Shown here one piece after another: positions 39,360 to 53,037 of a stretch of 64,000 bases of DNA. This stretch comes from Eledone cirrhosa. Lineage: Eukaryota. Every line of letters starts with the position of its first letter. Within the stretch, counting starts at the first letter, position 1. The stretch spans positions 333,622,001 through 333,686,000 of the forward strand of contig OZ024742.1 of NCBI GenBank assembly GCA_964016885.1, read 5' to 3'. A program made the position numbers and the translations under genes. The notes beneath the pieces are model-generated. The model saw only the letters and a list, made by a program, of their open reading frames with translations, made no database searches and had not been told where the DNA came from.

Positions 39360-39418
39360 AGAGATATTGTAAGTCCAATGATGTGTAATTTAGGGTAAGG
39401 AAAAGTAACTTTTGAAAA

Positions 39419-39505
39419 CGCGTGGATTAGTGGTTAGGGAGTTCGGCTCATGATCACGAGGACACGGGTTCGATTCCTGATGACAAATTTTGTCCTTTAA
39501 AACAC
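39419..39505 (+). mobile_element. tRNA-derived SINE head
   Basis: tggattagtggttaggg ... ggttcgattcc; same head as 37232. Confidence 0.6.
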
Positions 39506-40169
39506 TATGTTTTACGATAACCCTTTAAATATCTCAGCCTCTTGAGTGATACGTTTATGTTCGGAAAAGTGAAACATTCATCATCGGAGCCGAGGGAGGT
39601 ACGACGAGATTTTAGATGGGGCAAGTTTCCCGTAGATCTGATAGAGATTAAAGAAAGAAAGCAGATTAGATAATATTTAATACGGCGCATTTCATTGGAA
39701 GTAAACCTTGTAGTTAAATAACAGAAGTCTAAGAAGAAGGCTTTCTTCAGAATACACATAATCATCATAATTATATTGGCTCTATCATTCCTGGGGGAGG
39801 AGACCGTCCCTGAACTGCCTTGAGTGACATCGGTCATGGGCCAGGTTTGGTCACTCTTGTCCCAAAAGACGAATGAGTCTGTCTCCTCATCTCATTGTTG
39901 ATCGTACTCTAGGTCTTACCTACTCTCACGGAGTCCACTCCATCAATCAGATGATTCATTTATTTTACTGTCCTAAAGTTTTGTTACCTGCCTAGCAGTC
40001 AATAAAGTTGTCGGTCACCCTAGTCTAATGTTGGATTCAGGTATGGCATTTCAGAATTGGAGGTGTTACGCTCCATCTTCCTCTGCATATCGTAAGTGTC
40101 TACGTATCTCAGGATTCATATCTCATCATCTTATATCATATTAGGAGCACATACTCGTTGAATGTCTCC

Positions 40170-40450
40170 TAGACATTGAAGACATGGAAACTGACATCCA
40201 CATTGCCAACATACCAGTTGGTCTCAACATGAACTGAGGGAAAACTCGAATGATGATGAACGACTACACAAAGAAGACCCCAGCCATTGTCAATACAAAT
40301 ATTATCGAAGAGGTCGATTGCTATGGGCACCTCCTGCCTGAAATCAAGAGAGCTGACAGGTTAGGACGGGCAGCCTTTGACAAGATGTCTAACATCACAA
40401 GGAGCATAAATGCTAGCATAAATACAAAAAGAAAGACCTTCAACATTATA
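40170..40450 (+). pseudogene. RTE-clade RT remnant
   Basis: VGLNMN*GKTRMM..IEEVD..EIKR..LGRAAFDKM. Confidence 0.65.
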
Positions 40451-41247
40451 GTATTTTTTTATATATATCGGGACAGCGTTTAAGCAGCAGAAAGTTGGGA
40501 TATTGTGTTAAATATGGAAACTAACATTGTTTGAAATTAGGTGAATCAGCTGCTTCGTTACTGAGTGGAATCGATGGAAAGCTATCGTACATAGAGACTC
40601 TGAATCCGTAATAACCAACGAAAATATAGAATCCCAATGTGCAGTAACAGCATTTATCAACATTATGCGACTTAGAACCAATAGTCTTATGAAATAGCGA
40701 ATTTTCAAGTTAATACAATATTTCAGTAGTTTATAATGCGAAATAACCTGTAAGCCGTACAATGCAATAAAACATCAGGATGACACCTGCTGGTAATTCG
40801 TTGAACAGATGGGTGAATGCCAACTAGTTAGTGGTCATAGATAGGTTTCTCACCATGGAGTACGAAGAAATCATTTCCACTAATAATACGGTACCTAGTC
40901 TGTAAACCGCTAAAACACTGTAGACTTATTATAAATCAAGTTATGTACATTCCGAACACAATTAACAGATTACAGTCTGCCAAAAAATATTTTAATTACT
41001 TCCAGGTAGGTTATCTTTCGATTAACTATATTTAGAGTTTGTTTTCTCCGAGATATGAGATGAAAAGAAAGTTTCAATAAAAAGAAAGGCAAAAAACGTA
41101 AAACATGCTTAGATATATAAAGTGTTTTGCATTCTCTTTCATATATTAATGATGGCACAAGCACAGAGAGAAGTTAAACAAAAATATAAAACATATTTGA
41201 TAAAGTTGTAAATAAGTATAATTGTATATATAAATATATGTATGTAT

Positions 41248-41817
41248 GTTCTTCTGGTTTTATAATTTCACAAATTGTTTCTCAATAGAGAGAGAGTCGG
41301 TTTCAAACATAGACACAAGACTTTCTCATTGGAATTTACACAACATCAACTAGGTAGATCATGTATGCATGCCTGCATTTGTAGATATGGATGTTATTGT
41401 ATGTGTGGATGTGTATGTTTTGAGTTGTATGTGTGCATGTATATATGCTTTGTATCTGTACATGTGTATATGCAGTTGTTAGATGCAAAAATTTTGGAAT
41501 GTTTTACATATTTTTACTGTTCCATTAACGGATTGTACTTGTAATTTCCTAAGTAGTTGTGTTCTTTCTGTTCCTATGAAGCCTAGCTTCTCAAAATTTG
41601 TATTGAGGCAGTTACTAGCACACCCCAGTGCCCCAATAATCACAGGCATGAATCTGAAGGTGTAATCAGGCTGGAGTATATGCAGATATCTCATCAGTTC
41701 TCCATAAATATTCTCCTTTTCGCTAATCTTTGATATTACAATAGCATCTGCTGGGCAGCTAATTTCCACTTCTGTGCATGCTTTCTTCTCCCTGTCGCAT
41801 ATCATAATATCTGGTCT
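41248..41817 (-). mobile_element. R4/Dong-like RLE LINE, 3' fragment
   Basis: RPDIMI..VEISCP..KENIY..PVIIGALG RLE motif; (CATA)n at both junctions. Confidence 0.8.
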
Positions 41818-41848
41818 ATGTATGTATGTATGTATGTATGTATGTATG

Positions 41849-41879
<31 letters not shown>

Positions 41880-41905
41880 GTATGCATGTATGTATGTATG
41901 TATGT

Positions 41906-42280
41906 ATTCTAGGAGAAGGAAAACTCTGATATAACACCTGCAACCCTGATGGTATCCAATGATGTTGAATTGTTCTTCGTTTTGGTAAATATCATCTTGG
42001 TTAAGAGAGTGGGACTGGCTTTGTGCAGTGCCTTTGCTCACTATAAAAGCTTCACGGCACAGGCATTGCTTTATATCGGGAGATCTCTCTGCACTTGTCG
42101 TCACATGGTACCATAGGCCCAGCACTATGTGTCAATAATTGTCACAAGTGTAGTGTTTGTACCAGAGTTTTCAAGTCGCTGGCTAGACTAAAAAGTCACA
42201 CTCGTTTAGCGCATTGGTAGGGGTTCTCCTACATGGATATAAAGTAGTGGCCGTACTCGAAAACGAGTTGGCAGCCACTA
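41906..42280 (+). mobile_element. Short non-autonomous retroposon, truncated copy A
   Basis: Shares its right end (ctcgaaaacgagttggcagccac) with 42347, 44459 and 53038; (TATG)n flanks. Confidence 0.8.
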
Positions 42281-42346
42281 TGTATGTATGTATGTATGTA
42301 TGTATGTATGTATGTATGTATGTATGTATGTATGTATGTATGTATG

Positions 42347-42515
42347 CATGGGCCCAGTACTATGTGTCAATAATTGTCACAGGTGTAGTGTTTGTACCAG
42401 AGGTTTCAAGTCGCTGGCTGGACTAAACAGTCACACTCGTTCAGCGCATCGGTAGGGGTTCTACTACATGGATGTAAAGTAGTGGCCGTACTTGAAAACG
42501 AGTTGGCAGTCACCA
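42347..42515 (+). mobile_element. Same family, truncated copy B
   Basis: Same right end; (TATG)n flanks. Confidence 0.8.
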
Positions 42516-42600
42516 TGTATGTATGTATGTATGTATGTATGTATGTATGTATGTATGTATGTACGTATGTATGTATGTATGTATGTATGTACGTATGTAT

Positions 42601-44337
42601 GTTATCTCTTTCTCTTAATTTCAAGTATATGTTTTTGACCGGCCACCTTCCGGGCGGCAAGGTTGTAAAAGAAAAGAAATTGCCATCCCTTGAATCGCAA
42701 GAATGTTTTGCTATCACAGACATTTGTAGACTATGAATTAGGGAGCTGCGCTCTTTGTCCGCAAATCCAAGTTCAGTCATAATTTGGTCCAAGCGGGTTG
42801 GTATATAACCCGTAGCTGCAATAATGATGGGTATGAAGCTAAAGGTGTATCTTGGATACTGATTTGTAAACTCCTCATCAATGGTCCGTAGATGTCCTCC
42901 TTCTCCTGTATTTTTCTGACAACTTTTACATCAAGTGGGCAGCTGATCTCCACAACAGAACACATTTTCAATACGTGGTCCCAAACAACAATATCAGCCG
43001 GTTGCGCTTTAATTTGGTGGCAGTTTTTATTTTCAGGTTCCACCAGCATTCCTTAGTGCCATCTGTCTCAATATATCCTTCCTCGTTTGTTGTTAATGTT
43101 GTTTTCCGAAGTGCGTTCCAGATGGTTCTAGCTATCCCATCGTGTCTCACGGGGAGGCAGTAGCGAGATGACATTCTTTCGCAGCTGGCAACAATGTGGC
43201 TTACATCCTCGATCTTTGTTTTACATAGCCTATATTTATTGTCAGCTGATGGCCCTCCTCTTTTGTGCAGCAGATATTTGGTAGAGAGTTCTTGTTTCTG
43301 TATTGCATAGAGATATCCCTGAAGGTGTGATGTCATAAACTTGTCGGAACTCCATGCCAGGCTTTTTGAGTGGTTTATCCCCTCTATGGTCTGTGTTTTA
43401 CATCTCAAGTATCCATGAACAACTTTTTCTGTAAATTGGTATATTTTTTCATCTTGTTTGAGCATTGAATAGGATCTTCCGATTTCTCTGGGTGAGAGAT
43501 TTATATCAGGCTTTATTCCATGTCTCTCCTCCAGATCAGTGGCTATTCTAATGATATTTTTTTGTTTCATGCTCATAAACCTGGGCAAGATGGTTGCCAA
43601 CGTTTCTCCTCTGTTGAAGATGTTGCTTCAGTGTTACTATCCGGGTCTCATATGATGTTAATATAGATTTCAGACCCCTTGCGTGAGAAGTATAGCCTAT
43701 CCCCATCACCATTGATGTTAAAGTTCCCAGTAATACTGAGAAACTTGCGAGTTTTAACATCCATCTCACTTAGTTTTGCAATGACCAGTTCAGCAGGCCA
43801 AATGTTGGCGTTAGAATTGGCATAGCATAAGTATTGAGGGCAATGTATTTGTTGTACGCTGACAGTTCTGATGACCATATTTTCTTTACTCTTCTGAGGT
43901 ATTCAGTTCTGGTTCTCTGCTTATTTATGGGTCCATCATATCTGACATTCTCATCCTGTCCAAGATATTTGTAGTTGTCACCTGACTGTATAGGTTGTAT
44001 TGTCAGGCCGTTCATCTCTAGTTTTCTAGAGGAGGGCACAGCTCTTCCACGTTTAACTACACACTTGGACTCTTCACATTTCATTTTGTTGTCTGTTGAA
44101 AATTGTGTAATGAGGTCCAATTGTTTCTTGATGTCATTGATATTTAGACCATACAACTTCAGATCATCAACAAAAAAAAGATGGGAGATACTTCTGGACC
44201 CACTTGATTCTACCTTGTTTCCTGAGTAGGTAAGATAGTGGAGTTAGTGACAAAACGAAGAGTAGCACTGACAAGCTATCACCCTGAAAGATGCCCTTCT
44301 GGTAATGTATCTTATCAGTCTTAACTTGCTCTTTCTT
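42601..44337 (-). mobile_element. 5'-truncated R4/Dong-like RLE LINE (RT, CCHC knuckle, RLE), pseudogenised
   Basis: GIFQGDSLS, FVDDLKLY, YKYLG, LCKTKIEDVSHIVASC, RHD, DIVVWD..VEISCP across several frameshifted ORFs; (CATA)n at both ends. Confidence 0.88.
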
Positions 44338-44458
44338 ATGTATGTATGTATGTATGTATGTATGTATGTATGTATGTATGTATGTATGTATGTATGTATG
44401 TATGTACGTATGTATGTATGAATGAATGTATGTTTGTATGAATGCATGTACGTATGTA

Positions 44459-44964
44459 TGGTGAGGAGGGTGACATTGGACATCTTGCAGGACTAAAAAC
44501 AAAACCTGTCAAAGGGAAAAAAGAGCTCTTAAGAATCAATGGCCATCCAAAATCACCGGGAGAGATGACCCCTTAGCCTTTGTCAAGGCAGAATTCTAGA
44601 AGGAAAACTCTGATATAACACCTGCAACCCTGATGGTATCCAATGATGTTGACTTGTTCTTCTTTTTGGTAAATATCATCTTGGTTAAGAGAGTAGGACT
44701 GGCTTTGTGCAGTGCCTTTGCTCACTATAAAAGCTTCACGGCACAGGCCTTGCTTTATATCTGGAGATCTATCTGCATTTGTCGTCACATGGTACCATGG
44801 GCCCAGCACTATGTGTCAATAATTGTCACAAGTGTAGTGTTTGTACCAGAGTTTTCAATTCGCTGGCTGGACTAAAAAGTCACACTCGTTCAGCGCATCG
44901 TTAGGGGTCTTCCTACATGGATATAAAGTAGTGGCCGTACTCGAAAACGAGTTGGCAGCCACCA
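44459..44964 (+). mobile_element. Same short retroposon family, copy C
   Basis: Aligns with 53038-53553 reverse complement; (TATG)n flanks. Confidence 0.85.
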
Positions 44965-45156
44965 TGTATGTATGTATGTATGTATTCTTATCTACCTAGA
45001 TAAAAATGTTGAAGTTGATAGTGTGTCTTTGTTTATGCATCTGCGAGTAGGCGTTTCATTTTACAAAGCATAATTATAAACGGCTTTAAACCGCGCAGAA
45101 ATACACTCAGACATATATACATACATTATATATATATACATACATTATATATATGG

Positions 45157-45332
45157 GTTGGCAGTATCGGTAGAGGGTCGGACGCCATGCTTTCCAGCAT
45201 AGTTACGTCCCTTTACGATCTGAGTTCAAATCCCGCTGTGGTTAACTTTACCTTTCATCCTTACGGGGTCGATAAAATAAAGTACCAGTAATACACTGGG
45301 TATTTGCTGGCCTTGTGCTAAAAGTAGAAATT
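45157..45332 (+). mobile_element. SINE
   Basis: gagttcaaatcccgc..cctttcatccttacggggtcgataaaataaagtaccagt; multiple copies in window. Confidence 0.8.
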
Positions 45333-45454
45333 ATATAGATATACACATATATATACACATATATATACATATGTGTGTGTGTGCGTGTGTGCGTGTGTGT
45401 GTATGCATGTGTGTGCGTGTGTGTGTGTATGTGTGTGTGTGTTTGTGTGTGAAG

Positions 45455-45650
45455 GCGCAAGATTTGTGAGTTCGATTCCAAGACTGGGGATGCGTTTTGT
45501 CCTTGAGCTTGAGTAAGACAATTTAATTCACGTTCCTCCAGTTTACTCAGCTGTAGAAATGAGTTGGGACGTTACTGGTGCCCAGCTGAATCGGCCATTG
45601 CCATTCCCTTCGTAAACGTCAGTGGCGCGACGGGGTAACAATGGGAACAA
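45455..45650 (+). mobile_element. tRNA-derived SINE (partial)
   Basis: gagttcgattcc plus body shared with 37232. Confidence 0.65.
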
Positions 45651-47094
45651 TGCCTTGGTGAGAACCAGAGTTTGAAATGCATAGACAATTATCCTCCCCT
45701 GCTTTTTCTGGGATACGCTAGACAGCGCTGCCCATCAGCCTTCTATTCATAGCTGGGCTTTCAAAATATATATTTATTAGACATACCGTATATCATTAGA
45801 TATACGAAATAGAATCCAACTGCTTTTACATCGTTTCTGTCTACACACATTGATTCACATAATGTGGATATATGGGAGGTTATGGCAGTTATTGGTCCCA
45901 GTTGACGGACCAAAGACCAGAAGGCGAGTTATCACGGTTGCTTGCATTTTTACACACATAAATCGTAGCAACATTAACGGAAATACGCAAGCCATACACC
46001 AATAGAAAATACACCTCTATAAGCGACAACATACGCAAGGAATATGTACATTCACTGTACATTAATATAAACTAAAAAAGGTAAAATTTCAATAACATAC
46101 ACATAAATGCTCCAACTCTATACTAATGTAAAGCAGTATTATCCAATATAGTCTAAGTGTAAAATCTGTCTCAAGCCAGGATGCTCGTCAGGCCGGTGTT
46201 TATCCCGGTTTTGTGGCGTGAGGTGACTGAGAGTAAAAAAGTCACCCCTGGACAGGACGCCAGTCCGTCCCAAGTTTAAACTCCCAGCTATTGATGGTAC
46301 TCCTTTTCAGCTAAAGTGTTTAGCTCAAGAACAAATCCCAAACGAACCCAGGACATTATGATCGTAAGTCCAGCACCCCTAACTGTAGTTCACGTGCCAC
46401 CACTTCTATACCCGCAACACGTCAATATAGATAAATCTACATCCAATATTTGGCATTCGTTGCAGCACATTCTCTTCCTCTATCTGCAATTACCCAATAT
46501 ATTTTGACCCCATTGTTACAACATATATGTAACATTAACAAGCAGAGGAAGATACACACACTCCATCTTCTCATATTCTATTACTCTACTGTATACTATA
46601 TTCAAAAGAACATTCTAACGCAATCATGACAAAGATAACGCATGCTGGAATCTTTCCAACTGGCTCATGTGTTATTAGCCGTATAAATGTCCTTTTTACG
46701 AGTTGCTGATAAGGAATTTTGGCCGTTCAGCCATGTAATTCCTGGATGGACAGCACATAGCAAGTCTTAAAGCTCAAACCATCACCTCGCTATTTTGACT
46801 TCTCCTTTGTTTTTGTTATATTTTTGCTTGTTTAATTTGTTTGCTTGTTTGTTTGTGTGTATGTTATGGCTTTGCTTGGTTTTATTTAGAATCTATGTTT
46901 GACCTTTATTTGTTATATTATCTTTATCGTGATATCACATTCATATATTTCTCTTTACGTCTTCCACTATGACGCTCTGACGTGGCTTCTCATGTTATTA
47001 TTATTAAGATTATTTACTAATATTGCTGCTACTAGATTAGTCATTTTGGTAGAAATAGCAGTGCAACAATCAACATTCCCTGGCAATATTTACT

Positions 47095-47272
47095 TGCATT
47101 GGGTAATTGCTGGCCTTGTGCCTAAAAGTAGAAACAATTATTACATGCCACTCTGAGTTCAAATCCCGCCGAGGTTAAACTTTACCTTTCAACCTTACGG
47201 GGTCGATAAAATAAAGTACCAGTAATACACTGGGCAATTGCCGGTCTTGTGCCAAAAGTAGAAACAGTTATT
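47095..47272 (+). mobile_element. SINE (tandem partial copies)
   Basis: Same family as 45157. Confidence 0.75.
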
Positions 47273-49539
47273 ACATATAAATTTAGTGTTCAATTCATAG
47301 TACGGATGAATTACGCTTTTATTTTCCAGGGTTGATGAAATGAAAACCAGTACAATTCAGCATTGCATGACAATATTATCAAGTCTCTCTGAGTCACTCC
47401 TCAAGAAGCATAAATATACTAAATCTTTTCAGTTGTCTCATTTTTATGGCATTCTTTTTTGAATTTTTCTGCTTTAAATGTGTATTAATAGTGCTTATAT
47501 ATATATATATTATTTATATATATATTTCAGTACATAATAGTGATATAATCTATATGGTTTATATGTTGTGTTTTTCCTTATGTATTTTGTTTCATGTTAT
47601 TTCAATGTAAATCACACCAAATTAAGTATTATTATAATTGGTTATTATTGGTTAGGATTGGTTATTCCATCCGGTTATCTCTATTTCTAGATTGTCAGAA
47701 ATATTGTTTAGCAGTATTTGGCTACACGTCTTAATGTAACGTGTTTAAGTCTCATAAAGGGTAAATTGGTATTTCCTCTTTTTGAATATGAGGTATTGTT
47801 ATAATCAAGATGAAGCGATTTAATATATGTGAGAAATTATTATTATTAAAGGTGTAATCACGACATAATTAACAGCACGACATTATTTCGTTACAAACTG
47901 TCTCTTTCTGAATCCAAATATTCTAATTAGTTATTTTATCAGGCTAACGTCTCACCAGACAAATCTCTGATAGATGTGCATACATAAAAAAGGGTATATT
48001 TTTTTTTGTATCAAATATCGCTATTAATACTCGATTGGCAGTTGATATCTCATTGAGTTCAACATTACCTTAGATCATTCAGGGGCAGATAAGAGACTGA
48101 TACCGATTGATTGACAATTCCCTCCTCCTAATATTATTTGCCATCCGTCTAAATTGGAAACCGTTATTATTATCGTCATCCATTTTGTTGTTGTTCCCCT
48201 TGTCTTCTTTCCTTCGTTCCTCTTATTTATAATGTTAAGTGTGGGTGTAGTGTCGTATTGTTAGACACATTCGTGACCCATAGTAAATTTTCACATATTT
48301 GCAAATATCTCAACATCATATTTTTAGTATGCAAGCACGTGTGAATTATAATACGGTGGCGATAGAAAATTTGGAAAATATAATTAGCTTTTACTACAGA
48401 CATTAGTCGAATATTAAGGCATATTAACTTCCTGCCCATTTTGTCTGTTATAGAGTTTCATATGTCATAATATTAGGCAATTTCCGGTTGCCAATATAAG
48501 TTGAAAGCCAATTTTATTTTCAAACTATACTTAGTAAATGTTCACGATTTGGAAATAGTTTCTGCCAGGTCTTCATTTCAATTTAATCTATGCTCCTTTA
48601 CAAATCCTGCACCAAACCATGATGATCACCACGTCAAAACTGCAGACCTGTCAACAATCTCCATCCGATGGGGAGTTCTCCCACCCAATTTCAGGTGGGT
48701 GAGAGATGTCTTCTCTTGTAGAAATGGGTATAGATTTCATTATGTAAAATATCCCCAATTTGCGTCATTTTTCCCAGGTTTGAGGCATTTATTTTCATGG
48801 TACTCTACGTTTGGGCTTTTAGAGGTTGGCAGGTTTGGAACTAACACGTGTTTAACTGAAATCTATACATGTGTTTTAAACAATTATTTCCCATATCCAC
48901 GTTTACTGTTTATATGTGTTTGCTAAAGCAATAGGTGTTGTTGTTATGGAGGTATCCTCATTCAATTTGTTAGATGTCATCGTAAAATGTTAAGTTCATA
49001 TAACAGAATTTAGTGTAGTTCTGAATACATCTAAATAGCATCAGATAACTTTCAAAGGAATATATATAATTGTTGTTTCCTATAAACCTGAAAAAATAAA
49101 GAATATACAAAATGTATAGAAATACAACAAACAAAACTAATAGGAAAAACAGCAATTAGAATCAACAAGTCATGGCCTTGTGGTTGTGTTCATTATTTAT
49201 AGAGTTTATTCTATTAATCAGTCAATGTAAATACATATATATAGGAACTGTATATACTTTTTTACTGTTGTTAAATAACTTAGTGGCTGGCGTGAACCAT
49301 GGCTATATTAGCAGAGGGTGTAATGTAATTCTAGTTATGATGATGAATTTCCTGTTAAGGTTGACAATGAGCAATTCAACTTCTAACTCGGGAATTAAAG
49401 TATAAATGGTTGTATATTCCAAACGCATGTGTACTATTAACGTAATTCCCAAGCCGAAGAAGTAACACAATGTGTGACAAGGCTACAATATAGTTATAAA
49501 CCTTCCAAAGTTCTTCCGTAGACTTTCCGGCCATCCAAT

Positions 49540-49725
49540 TTCTCTCACAATGACAAACTCAACATGAGATTTGTAGTGTCTTTGGCCTAGCGCTACCTCT
49601 CTATTCACCACCATATGCGCTGAGCTGGCTAGATGGAATGGCTCGCAAGATGGAATGGCTCTTCCAGCGCATCTCCTTCACCATAATCCGAAGAAGCACC
49701 TTCTCTATTATGTCCGCCGGGGCTA
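49540..49725 (+). pseudogene. Possible CRE-like non-LTR element C-terminal remnant
   Basis: WLFQRISFTIIRRSTFSI resembles the QRISxAIxRGNA terminal motif. Confidence 0.4.
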
Positions 49726-49759
49726 TGGTGCGACCATACCTTGGGACCCCATTTGCTCA

Positions 49760-49950
49760 TAATAATTGTCTTTACTTTTGGCACAAGGCCAGTAATTATA
49801 CCAGTGCATTACTGGTACTTTATTTTATCGAACCCGTAAGGAGGAAAGGTAAAGTTAACCTGGGCGGGATTTGAACTCAGACCGTAAAGGGACGTAACTA
49901 TGCTGGAAAGCATGGCGTCTGTCTCTCCTACCAACACTGCCAATCCACCA
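49760..49950 (-). mobile_element. SINE
   Basis: Reverse complement of the 45157 family. Confidence 0.8.
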
Positions 49951-50418
49951 ATAATGAGAGTTTCTGAGGGTAAGAATGACGGAGGTGATGACAGTGGGAG
50001 TTCGGCTCCTATGTGTACGGACCTGGTGTACATGTGTGTATATTTACTTCTATTTATTTGATATTATATGGTACTTTAGTTACTTCCTTTTTTTATAAAC
50101 ATTCTCTCAGTAAAGAGAGTTCTACAAAAATACAGTCAGTAAGAATGAACCCGAGAACACATGAATAGAATTTGATCAGAAGAAAATGCTCAATATCATT
50201 ACTGGAAACCCATTTGTTATATATTCTTAACAGATGACTTGGGCTAAACAAAGCAGCAACTAAAAGATCATAAATGAATACTGCGACAACAACAAAATCA
50301 AAATAAAACAAACAGTAACAATGGACCAGCGATCGAGCCTCAAGCGGCTAGATATAGCAGGTAAATGGCTTTCAAACCATTTTGTATTACGTCAATAGGC
50401 ATACAGTGACCAATGGAA

Positions 50419-50471
<53 letters not shown>

Positions 50472-50580
50472 TGAGGCTCCATCGGTCACCGTATGCTTAT
50501 TGATGTTATGCGCTATGGTTTGAAAGCAATATATATATTGAGAGAGAGAGAGAGATGGAGAGAGAGAGAGGGGGGGGGGG

Positions 50581-50626
<46 letters not shown>

Positions 50627-51987
50627 ACGAATGAGAATGTAACAGATGAAGAGCTTTGATTTCGTCGAACAAGACTGACCCGGGGCTGAACAATAACACA
50701 ATAACAACAGCAGCAACTACTTTAACATGCATATTGTAACGACAGTAGAAGAACTACTGTTAATATTAACTAGATAAACAACACTAACAACAAAACACCA
50801 CCCACATTATCAGGTGCATTTACATCAAAAACAAACAAACCCGAAGTTTAACTTAATCGCCCACCGAAAATATACAGATAGAGAGTGGGTGAACCCGAGA
50901 GAAGGCGTGATAACGTACGGAGTAGAATGAAGAGTGAGGTATAAAGAAAGTTATAAAGAACGGATTTTTTAATAGACAGAGAGAGGGTAGAAGAAACCTT
51001 ACTATTACCATATAAGGAATGCTGGAAAGCGAAAGTAAAACTAACTCAAAAATCAGTTCATATACACTTTATTTTTCAACTGGCGGGCATTATATCCCTT
51101 TGATCTTCTACAACTTCCTTATTATCATTAACTCCTTCGACGTAGTCTAAATCTTGTTAAAATTGTCTTCTGGCTATACATGCTGTTGCTACTGATCATA
51201 TTACACCTGTTGCTCATTTAGATTTTCTACTGAATCATCATCATCTGTTACCGCCGCCAACACCACCACCACCACCACCACCACCCATACTACAAAGATA
51301 CAGCTTCTGGTTTCCTTTTTCTACTATAGCAACACCATTATCATCATCAACAATATTCTTGGTATCGAGCTCTAAGTTTTTATATTAACTCAGATTTGCT
51401 ATAGGTTAGAGGTATTGACTACATTCGTGCAGTTTGGATATTATATATATATCCATATATTTCTCTATATTTTCTATTCCTTTCAAGGCTACTTTATGGT
51501 ATAGTAGAGACCGTTAATAATCTGCGTTCTGTTTGAATAATGAAGTTACTTCACCGTACATTGGAAATATATTTGTCAGCACTGTTACTGTCTGGAACAT
51601 GCTAGTCTCACGAGACACCTCTTATACGTACATTTAACACAGGGTCTAATAAATGAAGATACAAATCATTAAACGTTTCCTATCTATAATGCTTGTACTA
51701 ACAATTACTCTTGTACAGGATTATCACCAGCATCTCCCCCCCCCCCCCCCAAAAAAAAAAAATTCATCAAATACTGTAAGAAAAAAATATCAACATCTAA
51801 ACCACTACCACTCCCTTCAAATAACTCCAGCAAACACTTAACCACAAAGAGCAATAGGAAATCCTTCCAGCATGACTCGGTTCGTTAAGAGTCTATCTCT
51901 TTACCACCGGATAATAGGTTCAGACCTGCATTACACTACCCTGTACAAATGCCGTATTTGACGAGCTCGGTTGGTTTAGCGTAACTG

Positions 51988-52037
<50 letters not shown>

Positions 52038-52355
52038 ACAAAACTCATCGCTAGAACAGCCGTCAAAACAGAGAAATGCTGTCAAAGACTGCGATAGATA
52101 AAAATGCTTCAGCGAAAATAGATCAGCAGCCAGTGGGCAACAGAGAGACAATCCATAAGGTGGTTGACACGTAGATGAAACATAGAAAAGATTGAAAGAG
52201 GTGGAGGACTAAAAGAAGTGTGTTGACGCATAGTAGTTACTGGAAGAAGGAAATAAAGAAATGCGATGTAGAATAAAGGTTTACACACACACATACATCT
52301 TCACCATCATCATCTGTCAAACCAGCAAAATGGTTTCGCACAACTGTTTTAGAAG

Positions 52356-52363
52356 TATATATA

Positions 52364-52427
<64 letters not shown>

Positions 52428-52456
52428 CACATACATATATATATATATATATACAT

Positions 52457-52552
<96 letters not shown>

Positions 52553-52688
52553 ATGTTTGTGTGTGTGTATATATAGACATATGTATATATATATATATAT
52601 ATAAATATATACATACATATATATATACATATACACACACACATGCACATATATATATAAATATATATATACATATATATATATATAT
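52356..52688. repeat. (TA)n/(CA)n microsatellite
   Basis: Direct inspection. Confidence 0.95.
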
Positions 52689-52690
52689 TA

Positions 52691-52885
52691 AGAGCCATAT
52701 GAATAGGTAAATATTTAAATTATATTTTTTAATTTATTTTAAAAAATTGGTTGAATTTTGCTTGTTCTGCTTATATTAATATTATCGTTCTGGTATGTCA
52801 AATTGATACCATAGAACAACCTTAAATCATAGACAACCTATGTATTTCCAGGGGTACTTAGTACCCACGGGCTTACTAACTTCTT
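52691..52885 (+). mobile_element. Truncated copy of the 10260-10843 pLTR family
   Basis: Aligns with 10649-10840. Confidence 0.8.
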
Positions 52886-52904
52886 CTCTCTATATATATA
52901 TATA

Positions 52905-52960
<56 letters not shown>

Positions 52961-53037
52961 TATACATATATATATATATAGACATAGACATATATATATA
53001 CATATAAAATATATATATACATATATATATATATATA

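Noticed and set aside
39419-39481. tRNA gene
   Set aside because: A and B boxes are present but there is no complete cloverleaf; it matches the SINE head at 37232.
39680-39755. Minus-strand CTGAAGA...GAAAtgcgccGTA
   Set aside because: No stem I pairing and stem II is offset from GAAA; likely chance.
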